A stretch of DNA of 64,000 bases from Clostridium sp. CAG:524. GTDB lineage: Bacteria; Bacillota_I; Bacilli_A; RF39; UBA660. The stretch is taken from positions 26,443 through 90,442 of the forward strand of contig FR880110.1 in assembly GCA_000434555.1 (NCBI GenBank), written 5' to 3'. The notes below the pieces were generated by a model, which was given only the letters and a program-made list of their open reading frames with translations, was not told the origin of the DNA and did not search any database. The position numbers and the translations under genes are program-made. Shown here piece after piece: positions 1-8,200 of this stretch (the stretch's first letter is position 1; each line of letters starts with the position of its first letter).

Positions 1-1552
1 AGGAAAACTTGTTGATGCTGGTGGTGGCGGTGACACAGGTCTTCTTGCTAGATTTATTTGGGGATCAGATGTAGATATGAATGAAATGGATGTAGGAGGC
101 TGGCTTGCTCATCAAACATTCACTATATTTTTACATGATATTTCTTCAGATGGAAGTGGATTTTCCACTGAAACAGTTGATGCTGAAATAGAAGAAGATG
201 GTAAATATGTATTTACGAAAGCACATAATTTAGTTGATGAAATAGATATAACAGTTGAATATACTTTACCATTTGTAAGTACAATTATGGGACTTTATTT
301 AATATATAGTATAGCGGTTGTTTCAATAGAAATTGGTGTTAGAATGTTTAAAATGATAATTCTTCAAATATTAGCACCTCTTGCAATAATAACTATTATT
401 GATAAAGGAATATCTTCTCCAACATTTAAAACTTTTTGTAAAACATATATATCAGTATTTTTAGAGGCAATAACAAGAATAGCAATTGTGTTTATAGTTA
501 CTACTTTTGTAGGTGCGTTTATGGATCCAGATAGGCTTACAAGTTTCTTTGGTAGTCCTGATTTAATTACTGAAAATGTTATAACGAGAGGTCTTATTTG
601 TATTGTTGTTTTAGTTGCTGGATATAGAATCGTTGGAATTTTACCTAAATTTATAGATCAAGCACTTGGCACAAGTATGGCAGGCTCAGCAAGTGGTAGT
701 GGATTTGGAAAATTTGCTGCTGGTCTTGTTGGAGGAGCTATTGGATTTGGAAGTGGTCTTGTTACTGGTATAGCTGGTGGTGCTGGAGTTCTTGGTACTG
801 CTGGTAACATGCTTAGTGGAGCAGTTGGAGGTTATCAATCTGGTGGTAAAGGTAAAAACGTTGCTGACTTCTTTAGAAATCAATCTGCAAATGCACAAGC
901 AAATAGAGATAGAGCTGCTAGAATTAATGCAGCTGGTGGAGGACTTGCATATGCAAGAGGAAGAGCCGAAGGTGCACTTGGTATAACAGCAGCGCAAAAT
1001 GCGAAAGCTGCAAGATATGAAAGAGAACAAAAAGCATATGAAGCAGTTGATGCAGCTAGAATCGCTGAAATTGAAAATCAAAAAGGTGAAAATGGACTTG
1101 CATACGGTAAAAGTGCTGATGATTATGTAAATAGACAAATGGAACAAGTATATAACAACGATAAACAAATGCAAATATATGCACTTGAAGAACAAAAAAT
1201 TAGAAACAGTAATATGACAAGTGAGAAGAAATATAGTGAACTTGCAAATCTTAATGCTAGAAAAGAAGCAAGAAAAGCTAAACTTGATGCTGGACTTGAT
1301 GTTAATGGTCAAAGACAATTTGGTAGAGCTGATTATCAAAAATCATGGAATAATGCATATAGTGGTGCAAATGGTAGTGCAGTACAAAGTGCAAATAGAA
1401 CACTAAGTCATACAGGAAGAAGTGGAAGAGTAGCAGCAAATAGTGGAGATAGAGCAACAATTCAAGCTGGTGGACAAGCGGCAAGTTCAAGAAGAGAAGG
1501 AGTAGTAAACTCTGGAAGTTATCAAAGAGGTCAAGGACAAAGTGGAAAATAA
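1..1552 (+). CDS. VirB6/TrbL-like polytopic T4SS membrane protein, 5' partial
   Basis: The frame is open from position 2 with no stop before the first ATG at 77, so the gene starts upstream of the window. Several hydrophobic spans (LYLIYSIAVVSIEIGV, ILQILAPLAIITII, ITRIAIVFIVTTFVGAF, LICIVVLVAGYRIVGIL) are followed by a Gly-rich then Ala/Arg/Gln/Asn-rich tail. It lies directly upstream of the PrgI-like and VirB4 genes. Confidence 0.55.
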   Translation, partial: GKLVDAGGGGDTGLLARFIWGSDVDMNEMDVGGWLAHQTFTIFLHDISSDGSGFSTETVDAEIEEDGKYVFTKAHNLVDEIDITVEYTLPFVSTIMGLYLIYSIAVVSIEIGVRMFKMIILQILAPLAIITIIDKGISSPTFKTFCKTYISVFLEAITRIAIVFIVTTFVGAFMDPDRLTSFFGSPDLITENVITRGLICIVVLVAGYRIVGILPKFIDQALGTSMAGSASGSGFGKFAAGLVGGAIGFGSGLVTGIAGGAGVLGTAGNMLSGAVGGYQSGGKGKNVADFFRNQSANAQANRDRAARINAAGGGLAYARGRAEGALGITAAQNAKAARYEREQKAYEAVDAARIAEIENQKGENGLAYGKSADDYVNRQMEQVYNNDKQMQIYALEEQKIRNSNMTSEKKYSELANLNARKEARKAKLDAGLDVNGQRQFGRADYQKSWNNAYSGANGSAVQSANRTLSHTGRSGRVAANSGDRATIQAGGQAASSRREGVVNSGSYQRGQGQSGK

Positions 1553-1588
1553 AATATAAATTGTAGTATTTAGAAAGGAAAAGAGAAT

Positions 1589-1918
1589 ATGAACAATTAT
1601 TTAATACCTGCTAATAGTAAGAAAAGTCAATTGATATTTAATGTTTTTAGAATTATTGATTTAATAATACTTTTAACAGGTGCATTTATAACGACTATGC
1701 TTATGTTTATATTTAAAGGTGATACAGTTAAAGAACTAGCAATTAAACTAGCCCCTGTAGGAATATGCTTGTTTTTAGTAATGCCGTTGCCTTTTTATCA
1801 TAATGTACTTGTATATTTACAAGAAGTTGTTATATATTTCATGAACCCAAGAAGATATTATTGGAGAGGATGGTGTGCTAGATATGTCGCAAATGATGAC
1901 GAACAAAAAAAAGATTGA
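1589..1918 (+). CDS. PrgI/TcpE-like small T4SS membrane protein (VirB3 analogue)
   Basis: 109 aa with two hydrophobic helices (IIDLIILLTGAFITTMLMFIF; VGICLFLVMPLPF). RBS GAAAGGAAAAG upstream. Its position directly before VirB4 is typical of Gram-positive T4SS loci. Confidence 0.5.
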   Translation: MNNYLIPANSKKSQLIFNVFRIIDLIILLTGAFITTMLMFIFKGDTVKELAIKLAPVGICLFLVMPLPFYHNVLVYLQEVVIYFMNPRRYYWRGWCARYVANDDEQKKD

Positions 1919-2465
1919 TACTAAAAATCAAAAATATGCTGAAAATTGGTTACCAATTAGAGGTATTCAAAATGGAGAAATTATACTTGATAATGGACTT
2001 AGAGTTACAGGAGTAAAAATAAGACCAAGAAATATATTTATTCTTGATTATGATTCTCAAAATAATGCTATATTTAACTTAAGAAGTTTCTATAATACAC
2101 TTGATTATCCATTCTGGCTAATTATATCAGATAGACCAGTAGATATTAATGTGTATCTTGCTCAACTTAAATTATTATATAATTCAGTACAAGTTCAAGC
2201 AATTAGAAAATTAGTAAGAGAAGATATAGATAAAGCAAACTTATTTATGAGTAAAGAAGTAAATGTTACTGATACAGAATACTTCATATTATTTAAAGAT
2301 AAGAGACCAGAAATAATACAAAAAAGAGTACAAAATCTTGTTTCAGGACTTGCTGGAGTAGGACTTCAATCAGCTCAAACAAGTAATGATGATTTAAGAA
2401 TGTTATTAGATGGATTCCTAAATGGTGGAGATTCATATAATTTTGGGACGGTGATTAGTCAATGA
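1875..2465 (+). CDS. VirB4/TcpF/Orf16-family ATPase, N-terminal segment encoded as a separate 196-aa ORF
   Basis: Starts at GTG 1875 (or ATG 1884) after GGAGAGGA. The sequence pattern (WLPIRGIQNGEIILDNG...VKIRPRNIFIL...YFILFKDK) matches the N-terminal region of full-length Gram-positive VirB4 proteins. Its TGA stop (2463-2465) overlaps the ATG (2462-2464) of the next ORF. Confidence 0.55.
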   Translation: MLDMSQMMTNKKKIDTKNQKYAENWLPIRGIQNGEIILDNGLRVTGVKIRPRNIFILDYDSQNNAIFNLRSFYNTLDYPFWLIISDRPVDINVYLAQLKLLYNSVQVQAIRKLVREDIDKANLFMSKEVNVTDTEYFILFKDKRPEIIQKRVQNLVSGLAGVGLQSAQTSNDDLRMLLDGFLNGGDSYNFGTVISQ

Positions 2466-4252
2466 GTGTAAGTTTTAAAAGTCAATTAGCTCCTAAGAGT
2501 TTAGAATTTAAACCATCTGAAATGATAATAAGTGATAAATATTGTGCAATACTTACAATAATAAGTTATCCAAAATCAATTTCAGAAGGTTATCTTGCTA
2601 ATCTTACTCAAATGGGTGGAGTTAAGGTATGTATTAAACATATTCCAATTGCATTCTCAGTACTTTCTAAAATGTTAAATAAAGAAATTGCTGATATGAA
2701 AGCAAGATATCAAAATGAACACGATCATACTATTCAAGAACAAATTAGACAAGATTATGAAAGTATAGATAATTTTATTCAAATGTTAACAGCAACACAA
2801 GCAAGAATATTTGATTTTCAAATGCACTTGTTTATATCAGCTGATTCACATGAAGAACTTGAAAATAAAAAGGTACAAGTTAAAAATTATTTAGATGCGA
2901 TGGGAATGAAAGGGTTAGTTCTTAGATTTGAGCAAGAAAAGATACTTCAAAGTATGCTTCCAATATTCCCTGAAAATGATATAGAAGAAAGAGTAGGTAC
3001 TCCAATACCATCAGTTACAATTGCAGCAATGTATCCATTTGTATTTGATAGTATTAAAGACCCTGGACTTTCATGTTTACTTGGTGTTGATTATTCAGGC
3101 GGAGTTATCTTATTTAACCAATTTCTATATCAAACTAAAAAAGAATTCAATAGAAATAATGCTAATATGATTATTCTTGGTACATCTGGTTCAGGTAAAT
3201 CAACAGCTGCTAAAGTATTACTTAGAAGTAATATTAGAAATGGTCATAAGATAGTTGCAATAGACCCTGAAGGTGAACTTGAAGAAATGACTAGGCTATA
3301 TGGTGGAGACTTCATTGACCTAGGTCGTGGTGGCGATTTTGGTATGATAAATCCACTGGAAGTTGTACTTGATGCTGATGAAGAAGAAATGGCAGAAGGA
3401 ACTGGATATGCAGTTTTAACAAGAACTCTTCAAACATTAAAAGCGTTTATGAAATACTATAGTCCAGATATAGAAGAGGACGTATTAACACTGTTTAGTG
3501 AAGTAGTACAAGATACATATAAAAGATATAAAATAGATTATAATACTGATTTTAGTAAAATAACATCACATGATTATCCAACTTTTGATGATGTATATGC
3601 TACTATAAAAGGAAGACTTTTATCAATGACTGAACATACTCATGAAAGAGATATCATGGAGAGATTAGAACTTAAAATAAGACCTTTAACAAAAGAATTA
3701 AGATATTATTTTACAGGTAAAACCACTATTGATACTGATGCAGATTTCATTGTGTTTAACATTCGTGAACTTATGAATGCTGATAGTAATATAAGAAATG
3801 CATTATTCTTCAACATATTAAAATATGCTTGGGGCTTAACTCTTGATAGAGAAGTTAATACAATTCTTATGGTTGATGAAGCACACATGCTTCTTGCAGA
3901 CCAAAATACATTAGGAGCAGAATTCCTTGCTCGTATTCAAAGACGTAGTCGTAAATATAATACTGGAACTATTATTATTACACAACAACCAACAGATTTT
4001 GCAGCACCTAATGTAGTAGTTCATGGTAAAGCAATATTTGATAATGCTTCTTATTATTTAGTAATGGGTCTTCGTAAACAAGCAGTAGATGACCTTTCTA
4101 AGTTAGTAGATTTAAATGATCAAGAAAAAGATTCAATTAAGAGATATAGTCAAGGACAAGCATTGTTTGTTTGTGGTAGTAGAAGAATGAGAATTAACGT
4201 AATAGCTACTCAACAAGAATTAGAATCATTCGGTTCAGGTGGAGGACTATAA
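2462..4252 (+). CDS. VirB4-like conjugal transfer ATPase (remainder of N-domain plus ATPase domain)
   Basis: Walker A GTSGSGKST, Walker B-like ILMVDEAHML, QQPTDF motif. 596 aa; together with the preceding 196 aa it reaches the ~790 aa typical of VirB4/TcpF/ConE. Confidence 0.85.
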   Translation: MSVSFKSQLAPKSLEFKPSEMIISDKYCAILTIISYPKSISEGYLANLTQMGGVKVCIKHIPIAFSVLSKMLNKEIADMKARYQNEHDHTIQEQIRQDYESIDNFIQMLTATQARIFDFQMHLFISADSHEELENKKVQVKNYLDAMGMKGLVLRFEQEKILQSMLPIFPENDIEERVGTPIPSVTIAAMYPFVFDSIKDPGLSCLLGVDYSGGVILFNQFLYQTKKEFNRNNANMIILGTSGSGKSTAAKVLLRSNIRNGHKIVAIDPEGELEEMTRLYGGDFIDLGRGGDFGMINPLEVVLDADEEEMAEGTGYAVLTRTLQTLKAFMKYYSPDIEEDVLTLFSEVVQDTYKRYKIDYNTDFSKITSHDYPTFDDVYATIKGRLLSMTEHTHERDIMERLELKIRPLTKELRYYFTGKTTIDTDADFIVFNIRELMNADSNIRNALFFNILKYAWGLTLDREVNTILMVDEAHMLLADQNTLGAEFLARIQRRSRKYNTGTIIITQQPTDFAAPNVVVHGKAIFDNASYYLVMGLRKQAVDDLSKLVDLNDQEKDSIKRYSQGQALFVCGSRRMRINVIATQQELESFGSGGGL

Positions 4253-4279
4253 GATTTATCCACTTAAAGGATGTGAAGT

Positions 4280-7200
4280 ATGGACGAAAATTATAACGAA
4301 GAAAATTTCGATGAACAAGAAAAACAAAATATAAGTAGAAGAAATGATACTGGTGTAGTCGGAAGATTAAACCAGTTTTCGTCTGGCTTTAAAGCGGGGC
4401 TTTTGGGTACAGAAGATAAAACAAAAGAAAGAATAAATAAACGTGGGACTAATGAACTACGTGGAGTCGATAAAGAATCAGGAAAAATGAATCCTGATGG
4501 AAATAATAAAAATCCTGAGAATAAGTCAGGACTTGAAAAGAAAGATGGACTTGGGAAAAAAGATAATAATAAAAAACAAGGTGCTGCTGATAAAACAGGT
4601 ATGAAGAAACCAGGACTTCCTGGTAAACTTGGAGAATCTGCTAATCAAGCGGTTGATGCTGCAGCTAAACTTAAAAAAGCAAAATTATTGTTACTTAAAT
4701 TAAAAATTGCTGGTATAGTTGCTGGCATTTTACTTGTTGTATTTATAATTGCATATTTGTTTACTGTTATTGATAACTTCTTTTCATCAATTGTATTGAA
4801 TTTCTTTGTACCAGAACAAAAAGAAGATGATTTAGAAGGTCTATATACTGATAGTAAATATTTAAGAGACCCTGATACTGGAGAAATGTATACATGGCCA
4901 GAATTAATTAAGGTTCTTAATAATGATGATGCTTGTGAAGCAAATTTTTGGGAAAATTTAAAAGAAAATGTTTTTAAGATTTGGGATGAAAACTTTAAAG
5001 ATGCTTGTCAACTTATGAGATATATTAAACAAAAAGTTGAAAAGTATGAAGAAACATATATGGGTAGAGATGATCCTAAAACACAGCCTAATAAGTTAGA
5101 TAGAGCCCTTATTTTAGGAACAATATTCTATGGATATGATAGCCAGGCAACTTATGATAGTTATGATACACCTCCTGCAAAAGAAGATGATAAAGGTGAT
5201 ACATATACTTCTGCATCAGATCATTATGAAACATTAAAAAATATTATTAAAGACGGAAAACTTGTAAAATTAGATGTTGATAGAATAATACAAAGTACAA
5301 TATTTGAAGATATATATCCATATTTTACTTGGGTAATAAGAGAAGAAAAAAGAAATATAGATGGAGTAGATAAAATAGTTAAAGTAGGATATTGTGATAC
5401 AGAAACTGTTGAAAACTATGAATATAGTAGAGATAAATGGGAAATGTTTATTAGATGGAACGATGAATGGGATAGAACTAACGGTGATGATGAACAAGAA
5501 AGAAAAAGAGATTATCCATTTAGTGTTCCAGGATATTTAAAAATTAATAGTAAAAAGCAATTAGATAATAAACAAAAAATTGATAATACTTCAATACTTA
5601 CTTTAGTAGGAACTGGTTATACATATGATACAAGTATGAATAATGCCTGGAATAGTACAAGCACTGAATGTAATGGAACTATTCCACCAGAATCATTAAA
5701 GTCACTTGTTGATATATTAGATGATTCAGTTAATATAGCACAAGATTATTTTACAAAAAGAGAATTCACACAAGTAGTAGATACAACAGTATATTTTCAA
5801 AAAATAGAAGATGTATATACACAAAAAAAAGATTCATTTAGAAGTGGAAACATTAAATATACAACGCCAGGTCCAAATGTCGCAACAACTTTTGTAGAAT
5901 TTGAATATAAACATGGTTTTGGATATGTAAATTTCCCATCATTTAAACAAGCCGATGAAGATTCAAATCTGCCAACATTTGAATATGATGATATTGTTTC
6001 ACCTAAAAAAATAGAAGAAATTATCTTAGAAGTAAAAGATAGAAAAGGTGAAATAAATAATACACTATTATTAAAAGATTTAGATTCATCACAATATGGA
6101 GATAATGGATACTGGGATGAAGATGGTAATTATATACCAGGAATAGATCCAGATCTTGATAATGATAATGTTGTTAAAAATGCTTATTGTAAAAAATTTG
6201 TACCATATGATTATGAAGATATAACTGTAGAATTAACAGATTGTGATGGCAATCAACAAGAATCTGTTAATTTTAAAGATTATATTATAGGTACTGTTAA
6301 AGGTGAGATAGATAATTATTCAAATAAAAATTATGCATTAACACAAATGATTGCCAATATAAATTTTGCACTACAAAGAAGAGGAAATCAAAATAAACTT
6401 AAAAGTGGTTCAAAAATCAAAATGAGAAATGGTGATTGCGATCAAGTATTTAGTTCAAAAAAAGGATCATATAAGCAGACTGCTAATCTAGTTTGTATAG
6501 AAGAAACTGGACAAAAATGTGTAAACTATTATCAAGGTAGTGCTCCACTTAATGAAGAAGGATATACAAACTATAAAGGGCCTATGTCAGACGCTGAATA
6601 TAAAGAATATGAAAAACTATACGAAATAGCTAAAAATTATTTAGTTATAAAAGACGGAAGAATATTTGAAACTGGATATGTTGCTAATGTATCAATAAAA
6701 TGGGAAGCAGAAGCTAATGTTGGAAAAAATTATATTCAAATACTTAAAGAAACATATGGCGATGTTGATATAATTGAGTGTTCTGGGGCAGATGGTGGAT
6801 ATGAAGGTGGTTATGATCCATCATTAGCTCGTAAAGGATGTGCTGGAATTGTGGAAGCAGCAGCTAGAGAAGTTGGAGCATCAAATGGATTAAAATATAT
6901 ACATTGGTTTAATGCTACCTTTAATATGGATCATAAAGATAGTGTAGCATGGTGTGCAATATTTGCTAGTTGGGTAGGATATAAGACTGGTTACGATGGT
7001 ACACAAGTTACAATGACAGCGGGCGCTGATGCTATGCTGCAAGGATTTAGGAATAGAGGAAAAGGGCATAAAAAAGGTTATGTTCCAAAAGCTGGAGATT
7101 ATGTGTTTTTTGACTACGAAAGAAAGAACGATGCTGGAGAAGTAGTACAACCACAAGATGGAGTAGCGGACCACGTAGCAATAGTTAGAAGTTATGATCC

Positions 7201-7360
7201 AAATACACATCAAGTATGTACTATTGGTGGTAATGAGGGGAACTCTGTAAAAAATAATAATTGTTTTGGATATACTGATGGTAGTGTTTTAGGTTATGGC
7301 GAAATAGATTGTAAAGAAAATAATAAAAAAGGGGATAATAGAAAAGATGAAATTAAATGA
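4280..7360 (+). CDS. T4SS-associated cell-wall hydrolase: N-terminal basic disordered region, one TM helix, large middle region with a SpoIID-like motif, C-terminal CHAP (NlpC/P60-type) domain
   Basis: CHAP signature at the C-terminus: DSVAWCAIFASWVGY (Cys nucleophile) ... GDYVFFDY ... DHVAIV (His) ... TIGGNEG. TM helix IAGIVAGILLVVFIIAYLF. The segment GEIDNYSNKNYALTQMIANINFALQRRGN...NGDCDQVF resembles the SpoIID/LytB motif. Confidence 0.8.
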   Translation: MDENYNEENFDEQEKQNISRRNDTGVVGRLNQFSSGFKAGLLGTEDKTKERINKRGTNELRGVDKESGKMNPDGNNKNPENKSGLEKKDGLGKKDNNKKQGAADKTGMKKPGLPGKLGESANQAVDAAAKLKKAKLLLLKLKIAGIVAGILLVVFIIAYLFTVIDNFFSSIVLNFFVPEQKEDDLEGLYTDSKYLRDPDTGEMYTWPELIKVLNNDDACEANFWENLKENVFKIWDENFKDACQLMRYIKQKVEKYEETYMGRDDPKTQPNKLDRALILGTIFYGYDSQATYDSYDTPPAKEDDKGDTYTSASDHYETLKNIIKDGKLVKLDVDRIIQSTIFEDIYPYFTWVIREEKRNIDGVDKIVKVGYCDTETVENYEYSRDKWEMFIRWNDEWDRTNGDDEQERKRDYPFSVPGYLKINSKKQLDNKQKIDNTSILTLVGTGYTYDTSMNNAWNSTSTECNGTIPPESLKSLVDILDDSVNIAQDYFTKREFTQVVDTTVYFQKIEDVYTQKKDSFRSGNIKYTTPGPNVATTFVEFEYKHGFGYVNFPSFKQADEDSNLPTFEYDDIVSPKKIEEIILEVKDRKGEINNTLLLKDLDSSQYGDNGYWDEDGNYIPGIDPDLDNDNVVKNAYCKKFVPYDYEDITVELTDCDGNQQESVNFKDYIIGTVKGEIDNYSNKNYALTQMIANINFALQRRGNQNKLKSGSKIKMRNGDCDQVFSSKKGSYKQTANLVCIEETGQKCVNYYQGSAPLNEEGYTNYKGPMSDAEYKEYEKLYEIAKNYLVIKDGRIFETGYVANVSIKWEAEANVGKNYIQILKETYGDVDIIECSGADGGYEGGYDPSLARKGCAGIVEAAAREVGASNGLKYIHWFNATFNMDHKDSVAWCAIFASWVGYKTGYDGTQVTMTAGADAMLQGFRNRGKGHKKGYVPKAGDYVFFDYERKNDAGEVVQPQDGVADHVAIVRSYDPNTHQVCTIGGNEGNSVKNNNCFGYTDGSVLGYGEIDCKENNKKGDNRKDEIK

Positions 7361-8150
7361 TAAAAAACCACTTTTAATAATTTTAGGTAGTGCTTTTACA
7401 TTAATGCTATTAATAATAATCCCCTTAATTTTAACTGGTGAAAGAAACGAAAGCCAAAAAAAGAAAGAATTTCCAAATTATAAAGAAGTAAAAATAAATG
7501 AAAGTATATTTACAGATACAGAAAAATACGAAGAATTAAAATTAAACTTAAATAATGATTATTTATTTGGAAGAATATTATTCATGGATGATTATGATTC
7601 AAATAATGTAACAAGAAAGGATCTACAAAATTTAGTAGAGAATTTTGCAGTAGGATTTGAACCATCAAATACAAAATATTTAGCAGTAGTAAATAAAGAA
7701 AAAAAATATGCTTGTATTACTGAAAAAAATCTAGTATTAGGATTTGAAGAATTATATAATATGGATATAACACCATACTTAGATACTTTATCTTATTATT
7801 TTAAATATTTCTTTAAAAAAAGAAATTACTGTGTATATTATCAACCTGCAATTGCAACTGGTATATATGCTAGAGGATATTACGTAAATAAATTAGTGTA
7901 TGATAAAGAAAGTGAAAGTATTACAGCTGACTTATATTTATATTCATATATTCCTGATGGTGAATTATCAACTGATAATCAAATAGAATTAAAAAAAGCA
8001 TTTGAAAACAAAAACTTTAATATAACAAAATTATTAATTAAAACTGAAGATAAAGGAGAATTTAGAAGAAAAACTATTAAATTCAAAATAAATAACAATG
8101 GTAAATTCTTTAAATATCAAATAATTAGTATAAAAACAACAGATAAATAA
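7347..8150 (+). CDS. Membrane-anchored T4SS accessory protein, function unassigned (occupies the position of VirB8/TcpC-like components)
   Basis: 267 aa with an N-terminal TM helix (LLIILGSAFTLMLLIIIPLIL). Overlaps the hydrolase gene by 14 nt. I recognise no diagnostic motif. Confidence 0.45.
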   Translation: MKLNDKKPLLIILGSAFTLMLLIIIPLILTGERNESQKKKEFPNYKEVKINESIFTDTEKYEELKLNLNNDYLFGRILFMDDYDSNNVTRKDLQNLVENFAVGFEPSNTKYLAVVNKEKKYACITEKNLVLGFEELYNMDITPYLDTLSYYFKYFFKKRNYCVYYQPAIATGIYARGYYVNKLVYDKESESITADLYLYSYIPDGELSTDNQIELKKAFENKNFNITKLLIKTEDKGEFRRKTIKFKINNNGKFFKYQIISIKTTDK

Positions 8151-8200
8151 TGAAAAAAAATAATTTATATAGTATAATGTAGATGTATTGGGGTGAAAAT

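Noticed and set aside
686-1339. 217-aa ORF on the minus strand, antisense to the VirB6-like gene; the short + strand ORFs 777-986 and 1221-1406 are similar
   Set aside because: Ser/Cys/Ile/Phe-rich nonsense composition that mirrors the Gly/Ala/Arg-rich sense frame. No RBS. It lies entirely inside a better-supported gene.
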